A stretch of 64,000 nt of DNA from assembly GCA_963822945.1 (NCBI GenBank), contig CAWGJO010000020.1, positions 1 through 64,000 of the forward strand, in the 5' to 3' direction. The DNA comes from an uncultured Gemmatimonadaceae bacterium (GTDB lineage: Bacteria; Gemmatimonadota; Gemmatimonadetes; Gemmatimonadales; Gemmatimonadaceae). The notes under the pieces are model-generated. The model made no database searches, had not been told where the DNA came from, and saw only the letters and a program-made list of their open reading frames with translations. Numbering within the stretch: position 1 is the first letter of the stretch; each line of letters begins with the position of its first letter. Both the position numbers and the translations under genes were made by a program. Positions 30,853 through 41,342 of the stretch are shown piece by piece.

Positions 30853-32629
30853 ATGAGTGAACGTCGTACCCTGAGACGGCTGCTCCCCTATTACCGCCCC
30901 TACCGGGGCAAGATGGTCTTGGGACTTTCCCTGACCGTCCTGTCGTACGCCTTCTCCACCGCGGGGCCGTGGTTCCTGCGGCTGGCCGTGGACGACCTCA
31001 TGAGCAAGGCGCCGATGTCGAGTATCTGGCTGCTCGTGGGGGCGATGCTCGGCGTGGCCCTGGTGGGCGGCTTTCTCCGCTTCATGATGCGGGAAACGCT
31101 GAACAAGGTCAGCCGCTGGATCGAATACGATCTGCGGAACGACCTGTTCGCCCGCCTCGAGTCGCTGGACGCCGAATACTTCGCGCGCGCGCGGACGGGC
31201 GATCTGATGGCGCGGCTCACCAACGACCTCTCGGCCGTGCGCATGGCGGCCGGACCGGCCGTGATGTACCTCACCAATACGATCGCCGGCGGCACGTTCG
31301 CGCTGCTGTTCATGCTCCACATCGACGTGCGGCTCACCCTGATCGCCCTGCTGCCGATGCTGCTCCTGCCGATCTCCATGATCTGGCTGGGACGCGCCAT
31401 CCACCAGCGGTTCGAGGCCGTGCAGGAGCATTTCGGCCGCATGACGACGATGGCGCAGGAGAACATCTCCGGCGTGCGGGTGGTGCGCGCGTACCGCCAG
31501 GAATTGCCCGAAGCGGAGCGCTTCGCCGAACTCGGCCAGCAGTACCTCGTGAAGCAGATGCGGCTGGCCACGCTCTACGGCATGATGCACCCGTCGTTCC
31601 AGATGCTCGCCGGGCTGGGCAGCGTGGTGGTGCTGGGGCTGGGCGGGGCGCTGGCCATTCGCGGCACGATCACGGTCGGGTCGTTCGTGGCGTTCGGGCT
31701 CTACCTCGGCATGCTCACCTGGCCGCTCATCGCGCTCGGATTCGTGATCAACCTCTTCCAGCGCGGCGCCGCGTCCATGGGGCGCCTGCTCGACATTCTC
31801 GATGCCCAGCCGACCGTGATCGCGCCCGTGTCGCCGCGCCGCCTTCCCGCCAACGCCGTCGGACGCACCATCGAGTTCCGGCGCGTCGGGATTCCACTAC
31901 CCGCCGGAGCCGGGCGGGGCGCCGCGATGGGTGCTCCGCGACGTGAGCTTCACCGTGCCCGCCGGCGCGACGGTGGGCGTGGTGGGCGCCACGGGCAGCG
32001 GAAAGAGCGCGCTGCTCGACCTCGTGCCCCGCGTGTTCGATCCGCAGGAGGGCGAGATCCTCATCGACGGCATTCCACTCCGCGACCTCGACCTCGATGC
32101 ATGGCGGCGGGAAATCGGGTACGTGCCGCAGGAAAGCTTCCTGTTCAGCGAGAGCATCGGCGCGAATCTGGACTACGGCGCAGCCGACGAATCGGCGCGC
32201 GACTGGGCGGCGTCGGTGGCGCAGCTCACCACCACCATCGACGCCCTGCCGGAGCGCTACGACACCATGCTCGGAGAGCGCGGCATCAATCTGTCGGGCG
32301 GACAGAAGCAGCGGGCGGCGATTGCCCGGGCACTGGCGCGCCACCCGACGGTGGTGCTGCTGGACGACGCGCTGAGCGCCGTGGACACGCACACCGAAGC
32401 GGAGATCCTGAACGCCCTGCGCACCGCGCTTGCCGGCCGTACCGCGCTCATCGCCTCGCACCGCGTCTCCGCCATCCGCGACGCAACCTTCGCCATCGTG
32501 CTCGACGACGGTCGCGTGGTGGAGAAGGGGCCGCACGCCGAACTCATCGCCGCCGGCGGCCGCTACTGGTCGCTGCTCAACCGCCAGCAGCTCGAGGAGT
32601 CGCTCGAGGAGTCCGTCGAGTCGCCGTAG
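30853..32629 (+). CDS. ABC exporter, fused permease/ATPase (MdlA/YheI-like); frameshift near 31890
   Basis: TM domain with RTGDLMARLTND; Walker A GATGSGKS, LSGGQKQR, LLDDALSAVD, SHR. Confidence 0.9.
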
Positions 32630-32639
32630 TCGGGCACCG

Positions 32640-32816
32640 GCCCGGGATCAGGAACGGAGGTGAAGCACGAGATGATCCCGATTCGACGGATGAGACTGAT
32701 GAAACAGTAGGGGGCTCCGGCGGACGGATCTCTCCGCCGGAACCCCCAATTCCTTGATCCGTGTCATCAGCGGTCTCCGGATCATCGTGTTCATTTTTCG
32801 TTCCTGATGCCCGGGC
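32640..32816. repeat. About 177-nt imperfect palindrome filling a convergent intergenic region
   Basis: Arms 32671-32724 and 32733-32786 match at 40/54 positions without gaps; outer arms GCCCGGGATCAGGAACG / CGTTCCTGATGCCCGGGC. Confidence 0.8.
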
Positions 32817-32837
32817 TAGCGACACGGAAGCGCCGGA

Positions 32838-33565
32838 TCACATCCGATTCAGAATCCAGGCCGGCGTCATCTTCTGCAGCATCCCCGTGAGCACCGACAG
32901 ATAGCCGCTCACGAGCAGGATGCCGACGATCACGAGCAGCACGCCCGAGGCCTTCGTGAGCCACGCCAACCGGGCCCGGTTCCGCTGCGCGAACCCGATC
33001 AGCTCCTCCAGCGCCACCGCCGAGATCAGGAACGGCACCGCCAGCCCCGCCGAGTAGGCGCTCAGCAGCACCGCGCCGCGCCCGCGTCACCCGCCGTGGC
33101 CGCGAAGGTCAGGATCGAGCCGAGAATCGGCCCCAGGCAGGGCGACCAGCCCGCCCCGAACGCCATCCCGACCACCACCGTGCCGAAGTAGCCGAGCGGC
33201 TTGTCGCGCAGGTGCGGGCGCGTGTCGCGTCCCAGAATCGACAGGTTGAACGCGCCGGCCAGATACAGCCCGAACAGGATGATGATCACCCCGCCCACGC
33301 GCGCCACCCACACCCGGTGTACCAGCAGCACCCGTCCCACCGCGCTTGCCGCCACTCCCATCGTCACGAATACGATGGAGAACCCGATCACGAACAGGAA
33401 CGCGTGCAGGAGCGCGAACCGCCGCGACGACTGCACGTCTTCCAGTGAGATCCCGGTGATGAACGTGAGATAGCTCGGCACCAGCGGCAGGACGCATGGC
33501 GAGATGAAGCTCACCAGTCCGGCCACGAAGGCGACGAACAGCCCGACCTCCCCCCCGGCGGTCAC
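32838..33565 (-). CDS. ccdA: Cytochrome c biogenesis protein CcdA; frameshift near 33075
   Basis: SFISPCVLPLVPSY, GWSPCLGPILG, YSAGLAVPF. Confidence 0.9.
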
Positions 33566-33589
33566 GCGCCCGCTCCGCGAGCCACGCGG

Positions 33590-34165
33590 CTACCCGGCCG
33601 CCGGTTGGCGGGCATCGACCACGGCGCGGATCTCCTCGCCCGACAGACGCTCCACCTCGTCGGTGTCCTCGGCGCGCCGCTGCACGCCCCGCACCACCTG
33701 GTCCACGGTCACCAGCGGCGCGTCTGCCTCGGCCTTCACCGAGACCTCCCACTTGCCGCGGTCCGGGCCCTTGAGCGTGTGCCGGTAGGTAGCCGTGAAC
33801 ACCGTGTACCGATCGGGCACCGCCGGTTCCTGCGCCGGATCGGACGCGTAGGGTGAATCGTCCAGCGATTCCAGCGAGACCGACTCGAGTTCGGCGACCG
33901 CACCGTCCGCCTCCGCCGGCGGGCCCTCTTCCGTCATCGCCGCGGTGGCCAATTCGCCCAGCGCCTCGACACCGGCACCCTCCGCCGCATCCACCGCCGC
34001 CTCGGCGCCCGGTGGCTCGAGTTGCCGCGCCGCGATCACCGCCACGCCCCGCTCCACCCCGCTCACCCGGCGCGGCGCGAAGAAGTGCACCTCCATGACA
34101 TCCGCGCCGGCCAGCTGCTCCACCATGTCGAGGATGAACCGCTCGCGCGTCTCGCTCTGGATCAT
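33590..34165 (-). CDS. Hypothetical protein with an acidic internal insert
   Basis: ATGA overlap with the upstream gene; ordered-looking N- and C-terminal parts around an Ala/Glu-rich stretch. Confidence 0.7.
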   Translation of the reverse strand: MIQSETRERFILDMVEQLAGADVMEVHFFAPRRVSGVERGVAVIAARQLEPPGAEAAVDAAEGAGVEALGELATAAMTEEGPPAEADGAVAELESVSLESLDDSPYASDPAQEPAVPDRYTVFTATYRHTLKGPDRGKWEVSVKAEADAPLVTVDQVVRGVQRRAEDTDEVERLSGEEIRAVVDARQPAAG

Positions 34166-35280
34166 CGCGCGCCCACGGTCGCGGGAGTCGCTTCGGCCCG
34201 GCGCGCGTCGAGTTCGCGTTCCACGTACAACCGCATGATGTGCATGAAATCCTGGGCATTGGTGACGACGCCGAACGCCTGATGCGTGCCGCGATCCTTG
34301 AGCTTGCTCACCACGAACTCCGACGAATCGACGCAGATCGTGATCAGCTCGCGCATCGATCCGTCCGGGTCGGTGACGAACGCGGGCAGCATGTTGCCCG
34401 TGGCGATGCCGTGCAGGGCACTGGCGATCAGGATCGCCATCGTCGCCTTGATGGTGTGCCGCCGCATGGCGTCCTGCGCCTGCAGCATGTCGGTGATCAC
34501 TTCGGGCAGCGGGCCGTCGTCGCGAATGGACGCCGCGAGCACGAATGGCACGTCGTGCAGCACGCACGCGCGCATGATGCCCTCGGTGATCAGCCCCTGC
34601 TCCACCGCCGCTCGGATCGAGCCCGCGGCGCGCACGCGGTTGATGGCGCGCATGTGCTTGCCGTGTCCGCCCTGGGTCGGAATCCCGCTGCCCGTCATGC
34701 CGAGCGTGGTGCCGAACATCGCCGCCTCGATGTCGTGCGCCGCCACCGCGTTTCCGGCCAGCAGCGCCTTCACGAAGCCGTGCTCGATGAACCAGACCAG
34801 ATCGGCGCGCGCGCGCGCGTGCACCAGCGCCGGCCCGGCCACCCAGATGGGATATCCGCCGCGGTCGCGCTCGTCGAGCAGCAGCCGCGCCATCTGCGCG
34901 TAGTCGATCGGCTTCTCGCGCGACACCTCGCTCGACATGAACTGGAACTCGTCCTCGCCGCCGGCGTCGAGCGCGCGCTCGTAGACGTAGATCCCCTCGC
35001 TCCCATCCTCGGCGCGTCCCACGGCCACCCGTTCGCCCCGTTTCACGCGGCGCATCTCGCGCGCCCACAACTCGCCGGCCGCATCGAGCACCAGCGCCGC
35101 GTCCATGCGCGGCTCGCGGGGCGTGCGCCAGACGCCGGCGATGCGCGCGTACGTGGGCAGGTTGGTGGTGGAGAAGAACCCCTCGGGCACGACGCCGTCG
35201 GCCGGAGCCGCCACGAACTGCGCGTCGGGCGCGTTCGCGAGCTCCGGCACGGCCAGGTTGGGAGCAGGAATCGTGATCAC
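34162..35280 (-). CDS. TIGR00300/LOR-SDH family protein (similar to the ArgZ/AgrE ornithine cyclodeaminase region)
   Basis: DGVVPEGFFSTTNLPT, RMD, FQFMSSEVSREKP, GNAVAAHDIE, SIRDDGPLP, KLKDRGT. Confidence 0.85.
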   Translation of the reverse strand: MITIPAPNLAVPELANAPDAQFVAAPADGVVPEGFFSTTNLPTYARIAGVWRTPREPRMDAALVLDAAGELWAREMRRVKRGERVAVGRAEDGSEGIYVYERALDAGGEDEFQFMSSEVSREKPIDYAQMARLLLDERDRGGYPIWVAGPALVHARARADLVWFIEHGFVKALLAGNAVAAHDIEAAMFGTTLGMTGSGIPTQGGHGKHMRAINRVRAAGSIRAAVEQGLITEGIMRACVLHDVPFVLAASIRDDGPLPEVITDMLQAQDAMRRHTIKATMAILIASALHGIATGNMLPAFVTDPDGSMRELITICVDSSEFVVSKLKDRGTHQAFGVVTNAQDFMHIMRLYVERELDARRAEATPATVGAR

Positions 35281-35335
35281 CCGTGAAAGATGACCGGGGG
35301 CAGGAGGGGGAACAAGCGCAGTCTGCCCGGTTGCG

Positions 35336-37597
35336 TCACAACAGCGACACCGGATCCCGGTCCACGACGATCCGGAGCCCATACCCCGACGGCACCGGGA
35401 ACCGGGACGCGAAGTACCGGCTGACCCGGGTTAGGGGACCCGCCTGATCGGCTTTCAGGAGCAGATGCCAGCGCCACCGCTTCTTGACCCGGTCCACCGG
35501 ACAGGGGGCGGGACCGATGATCGACAGGGCGCCCGGCTCGCGCCGCGCCACCAGGGCGTGCAGCCAGGCCCCCGCCGACTGGGCCAGCTCCATGGTGGCA
35601 TTCTCCGAGAACCCGCTCACGATCACGTTGGCCAGGCGGGCGAAGGGCGGGTACGGCGGGCTCCGCCGACCCTCCAGTTCCTGAGCCACGAAGCCTTCGT
35701 AGTCGTGCCGCGCGGCGAACCGCACCGCGTGGTGGTCGGGCACCCGGGTCTGCACGATTACCTCGCCGCGCTTCGCGCCCCGCCCCGCCCGGCCCGCCAC
35801 CTGGCTCACCAGCTGGAAGCACCGCTCCGACGCCCGGAAGTCGGGCATGTTGATGCCGACGTCGGCGTCCACCACGCCCACCAGCGTCACGTTCGGGAAG
35901 TCCAACCCTTTGGCGATCATCTGCGTCCCGAGCAGGATGTCCACCTCACCACGCCCCACGCGGTCGAGAATGTTCGCATGCGCCCACTTGCCGCTCGTGG
36001 TGTCCATGTCCATGCGCGTGATGCGGGCGGCGGGATAGCGCTCCCCGAGCATGCGCTCCACCTGCTGCGTGCCCAGCCCGCGTCCGCGCAGCACGGGACC
36101 GCCGCACTTGGGGCAGGCCGTGCGCATCGGCTCCGCGTACTGGCAGTAGTGGCACACCAGCCGCTCGGGCACCCGGTGGTAGGTGAGAGTCACGTTGCAG
36201 TTGGGGCACGCCGCCACGTCGCCGCACCCGTCGCACTGCACGAACGACGCGTAGCCGCGGCGGTTCAGCAGCAGGATGCTCTGCTCGCCACGCGCCAGCC
36301 GCTCGGTGAGCTGTCGCTCCAGCGGTTCGCTGAGCACGTAGCGCAGCGCGTATTCCTCGGGCGTGAGGCGTTTGGGGTGCGTCATCGGATCGGGACGGCG
36401 CATGTCCACCACGTCCACCTCGGGCAGCACGCCCCCGCCCACGCGGTCGGGCAGCCGCAGCAGGTGATGCCGCCCCCGCTGGGCATTGTGCCAACTCTCG
36501 AGGCTCGGCGTCGCGCTGCCCAGCACCACCACCGCATCCTCGCGCCGGGCGCGCACCAGCGCCACCTCGCGCGCGTGGTAGCGCGGCGTCTCGCCCTGCT
36601 TGTAGGTGGCCTCGTGCTCCTCGTCGATGATGATCGCCCCCAGATTCTCGAGCGGCGCGAACACGGCCGACCGCGCGCCCACGGCGATCCGCTTCTCTCC
36701 GCGGGCCAGCGCCAGCCAGGCATCGTACCGTTCGCCGTCGCTCAGGCCGCTGTGCAGCACCGCGATCCGGTCGCCGAACACGGCGCGGAAGCGGTCCACC
36801 GTCTGCGGCGTCAACGCAATCTCGGGCACGAGCACGATTGCCGTCTTGCCCCACTCGTCCACCAGCTTGCGCAGGAACTCCACGTACACGAGCGTCTTGC
36901 CGCTGCCCGTGATGCCGAACAGCACGAACGATTCGCCGCCCCCCGCCTGGCAGAGTGCGTGCACGGCGGCGGCCTGTGCCTCGGTGGGCGCGTGCGCCGC
37001 CGGCGGCGGGGCCGGCCGCGAGGTGAAGGGGTCGCGCACCACCACCTCGCGCTCGAACGACACCAGGCCGCGCTTGCCGAGCGCCGTGAGCGCCGCGGGA
37101 GATGCGCCCAACTGGCCCACGAGGTGCTCCACCGGCGCCCGCCCGCCCAGCGACTCCAGCATCTCGTACGCCGAGCGCTGCTTGGGAGCCCGCTTGAACA
37201 GCTGCTCGCGTTCGAGCAGTGAGGGGAGTTCCCGGGCCAGCCGCGCCACCCGCCGTTCCTTGCGCACGGGCGTCGGCACTTTCACCGCCGACAGCGCGGC
37301 CGGCAGCATCGTGCGCAGCACCATCCCCAGCGGGGCCACGTAGTACTCCGACATCCACCGCGCCAGCTCGAGCAGGTGGGCGCTGACCACCGGCGACGGA
37401 TCGGGCGCATCGAGGATGTCCTTGGGTTCCACGTCGTCCCGCGGCTCGGCGATCCCCACCACGAGCCCGATGGTGCGCCGGCCGCGCACGGGCACGACCA
37501 CGCGCGAGCCCACGCCGGCGCGCGGGACGAGCGCCTCGGGCACCGCGTACGTGAATTCGCGGAAGAGGGGGAGCGGGAGGGCGACCGAGATCAGCAT
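35336..37597 (-). CDS. priA: Primosomal protein N'
   Basis: GITGSGKT, LVPEIALTPQ, DEEH, SATPS, NRRGY, four CxxC pairs, QVAGRAGR. Confidence 0.97.
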   Translation of the reverse strand: MLISVALPLPLFREFTYAVPEALVPRAGVGSRVVVPVRGRRTIGLVVGIAEPRDDVEPKDILDAPDPSPVVSAHLLELARWMSEYYVAPLGMVLRTMLPAALSAVKVPTPVRKERRVARLARELPSLLEREQLFKRAPKQRSAYEMLESLGGRAPVEHLVGQLGASPAALTALGKRGLVSFEREVVVRDPFTSRPAPPPAAHAPTEAQAAAVHALCQAGGGESFVLFGITGSGKTLVYVEFLRKLVDEWGKTAIVLVPEIALTPQTVDRFRAVFGDRIAVLHSGLSDGERYDAWLALARGEKRIAVGARSAVFAPLENLGAIIIDEEHEATYKQGETPRYHAREVALVRARREDAVVVLGSATPSLESWHNAQRGRHHLLRLPDRVGGGVLPEVDVVDMRRPDPMTHPKRLTPEEYALRYVLSEPLERQLTERLARGEQSILLLNRRGYASFVQCDGCGDVAACPNCNVTLTYHRVPERLVCHYCQYAEPMRTACPKCGGPVLRGRGLGTQQVERMLGERYPAARITRMDMDTTSGKWAHANILDRVGRGEVDILLGTQMIAKGLDFPNVTLVGVVDADVGINMPDFRASERCFQLVSQVAGRAGRGAKRGEVIVQTRVPDHHAVRFAARHDYEGFVAQELEGRRSPPYPPFARLANVIVSGFSENATMELAQSAGAWLHALVARREPGALSIIGPAPCPVDRVKKRWRWHLLLKADQAGPLTRVSRYFASRFPVPSGYGLRIVVDRDPVSLL

Positions 37598-37622
37598 GCC
37601 TGGCGCACCGGTGTGCGGCGCG

Positions 37623-38647
37623 TCAACGCTGCCGGATCCGCGCTCCCAGCCCCGGCGCGTCGGGGATCGCGATCCGGCCGGCGGCGATGGTCGCCCCCTC
37701 GTGGGGGTCGTCGGCCAGCAGCGCCGCGCCATCCAGATCGGCGTAGTCGAGCAGCGGAGCCAGGTGCGCGGCGGCGGTGATGCCGAGACTCGTCTCGATC
37801 ATGCAGCCCATCATCACGGACAGCCCGTGGGCGCGGGCGGTGGCGATCATCCGGCGCGCTTCGAGCAGCCCCCCGCACTTGGCGAGCTTGATGTTGATGC
37901 CGTCCACCGCGCCCACCAGCCGCGGAATGTCGGCGGCGGTCACGCACGACTCGTCGGCGATGATCGGCAGCGGCGAGCGCTCGCGCACGAAGCGCAGGCC
38001 GTCGACGTCTTCGGGGGGCAGCGGTTGCTCCACGAACTCCACGCCGTACTGCGCCAGCCGTTCGGTCATCGACACCGCGTGCTTGGCCGTCCAGGCAGCG
38101 TTCGCGTCCACGCGGATGGTCTTGCTCGGGGCCGCGCCGCGCACGGCGCGCACGATGTCGTCGTCGCGGTCGGTGCCCAGCTTCACCTTCAGCACCGGAT
38201 ACGCGGCCGCCTGCTCCACACGGCGCACGAGTTCCTCTTCGGTGGGTGCGATGGCGATCGTGAAGCTCGACAGCGGCGCCTGGTCGGGGCTGAGGCCCCA
38301 CAGGCGATACAGCGGCGCGCCCAGTCTCTTGCCCACGAGGTCGTGCGCGGCGGCGCTCACCGCCATCCGCGCGGCCGCGTTGCCGCGCAGTGCCAGCCGC
38401 AGCGCGCGCTCGAGCGCCTCGAGCGCCCAGGGGTCGGCCGCTTCCACGATCGGCCGCAGCAGTTCCAGCGCCGCCACCACGGTGCCGGCCGTCTCGCCGT
38501 AGAACGTGCTCGGGGCCGCCTCGCCGAGTCCCTCCACGCCGTCGGCGTCGGTCAGGCGCACGCGCACGCGCGTGTATTCGCTCGACCCGCCCCGCGCGAT
38601 CACGAACGGGTTGGCGGTGTGCACCACCACGCGTTCATAGGACAGCT

Positions 38648-38651
<4 letters not shown>
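37623..38651 (-). CDS. Dipeptide (L-Ala-D/L-Glu) epimerase, enolase superfamily
   Basis: KVKLG, DANAAW, EQP, DES, NIKLAKCGG, GCMIE, DLDG. Confidence 0.92.
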
Positions 38652-39658
<1,007 letters not shown>

Positions 39659-39740
39659 GCTACGCGCTCCGCGTGGTGGGTCGCCGTGGCGGGGACAGCG
39701 GGGTCAGGTCACAACTTAGCATGCGCGGCATCCTCCTGCA

Positions 39741-40667
39741 TCAGAGGAGCGCACGCAGATGGGCCACGCACGCCGCGCCCAGGCGGTCGGGTGCATACCC
39801 ACCTTCGAGCGCGCTCACCAGCCGGCCGCCGCACCAGCCGTCGGCACGCGCCACCATGGCCCGGGTCAGCGCCGTCACGTGCTCCACCTCCAGCGTGAAC
39901 CCGCCCAGCGGGTCGCCGGCCAGCGAATCGAAGCCCGATGAGATCAGCACCAGATCGGGGACGAACCCCTGCGCTGCCGAGTCCACGGCGGCGAGGAACG
40001 CTTCCACGTACCGCGCGGGGGGAAGGCCGGCCGGCATCGGCACGTTCCACACCGACCCGTGCGGGCCCCGATCCTCCGCCGCCCCCGTGCCCGGATACCA
40101 CGGCCACTGGTGCATGGATACGAAGCGGATGTCGGGCGTGTCCTCCACCAGGGCCTGCGTGCCGTTGCCGTGATGCACGTCCCAGTCCACGATCAACACG
40201 CGCGCCGCCCCGTGCCGGCGCCGCGCGTAGTGGGCGCCGATCGCCACGTTCCCGAACAGGCAGAACCCCATGCCGCGGTCGCGCAGCGCGTGGTGGCCCG
40301 GCGGTCGCACGGCCGCGAACGATCGCACGGCCCGTCCGTCGAAGGCCATGTCGATGCCGTCGAGCACGCATCCGGCCGCCGCGCGCGCCGCGTCCCACGA
40401 TCCCTCGCTCACCACGGTGTCGGCGTCCAGACGCCCGCCGCCGGCCAGTGCCAGATCGCGGACCTGCGTCACGTAGTCGGGGTCGTGCACCAGCGCCAGC
40501 TCGGCGTCGGTGGCGTGCCGGCCCTCCACGTGCTGTGCCAGATGGAAGAGCTCGGGATCCTCGCGCAGGGCGCGCGGAATGGCGCGCAGCCGCCCGACGT
40601 GCTCCGGATGTCCCCATCCGGTGTCGTGGCGGCCGCAGTCCGAGTGCGAGATGTAGGCGATCGACAT
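39741..40667 (-). CDS. Histone deacetylase family (Zn-dependent) protein
   Basis: HPE..RL, RPPGHH, GFC, DWDVHHGNGTQ, YPGTG, GFD..DPLG, LEGGY. Confidence 0.95.
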   Translation of the reverse strand: MSIAYISHSDCGRHDTGWGHPEHVGRLRAIPRALREDPELFHLAQHVEGRHATDAELALVHDPDYVTQVRDLALAGGGRLDADTVVSEGSWDAARAAAGCVLDGIDMAFDGRAVRSFAAVRPPGHHALRDRGMGFCLFGNVAIGAHYARRRHGAARVLIVDWDVHHGNGTQALVEDTPDIRFVSMHQWPWYPGTGAAEDRGPHGSVWNVPMPAGLPPARYVEAFLAAVDSAAQGFVPDLVLISSGFDSLAGDPLGGFTLEVEHVTALTRAMVARADGWCGGRLVSALEGGYAPDRLGAACVAHLRALL

Positions 40668-40707
40668 GGCCGGCGGCGGCGTCGCTCCGGGCCCGCGTCC
40701 GGCCGGC

Positions 40708-41040
40708 CTAGCGGAGGGGACGCCGGTGGCGGTGCATGAGCAGGAGAATCGATCCGTCCTTCACGCCGGCCGCCGACAGCGACTCGTGCTCGTTCAGGAT
40801 CTCCCAGCCGTGCAGCTTGGCCACGAAATCCTCGTGGTACTTCGCCTGCGGGAAGAGCGCGGCGAGGGCGCGCTGCTTGACCGCCTCGACCGTCTCGCTG
40901 GGCGGCACCTCGATGCGGACCACATCCCACACGGCCTGCATCTCGACGCGAATCGTGATCGTCTGCTCGCCCTCGGCGCCCATGCGGATGGTGGCGCGGC
41001 GGGCGCGGAGGTTGGTGACGAACGGAGCGGGCGCGCTCAT
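40708..41040 (-). CDS. Ubiquitin-like beta-grasp protein (YukD/EsaB- or Ub-like), no C-terminal Gly-Gly
   Basis: RIEVPPSETVEAVKQR and ESLSAAGVKDGSILLL resemble ubiquitin TLEVEPSDTIENVKAK and RTLSDYNIQKESTLHL; ATGA overlap. Confidence 0.72.
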   Translation of the reverse strand: MSAPAPFVTNLRARRATIRMGAEGEQTITIRVEMQAVWDVVRIEVPPSETVEAVKQRALAALFPQAKYHEDFVAKLHGWEILNEHESLSAAGVKDGSILLLMHRHRRPLR

Positions 41041-41342
41041 GCGACCTCCGCCGGCCGGTCCAGCGCCGGGAGCGTGGTGAAAAAGCGGCGCAGCTGCATC
41101 GTGAACATGTACGACGACCCCGTCACGCGGCTGCCCCCGTCCACGGCGCCGGCGGCGACGACGATCTCCTCGCCCCCCTGGCCGCGGAAGCTGGCCCAGC
41201 CCGGCCCCTGCTTGTCGATGAACGCGGCGTAGAGCGGATTCCGCGTCGCGAAGAACGTTCTGGCGCGCGCCAGCACCTCATCGGGCGGCAGCGTGGTGAC
41301 GTATTCCTGCATCGTTTCTGTCGACGGCTTCATGGCGGTCAT
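41037..41342 (-). CDS. Small hypothetical protein
   Basis: ATGA overlaps at both ends; helix, several beta strands, helix pattern. Confidence 0.7.
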   Translation of the reverse strand: MTAMKPSTETMQEYVTTLPPDEVLARARTFFATRNPLYAAFIDKQGPGWASFRGQGGEEIVVAAGAVDGGSRVTGSSYMFTMQLRRFFTTLPALDRPAEVA

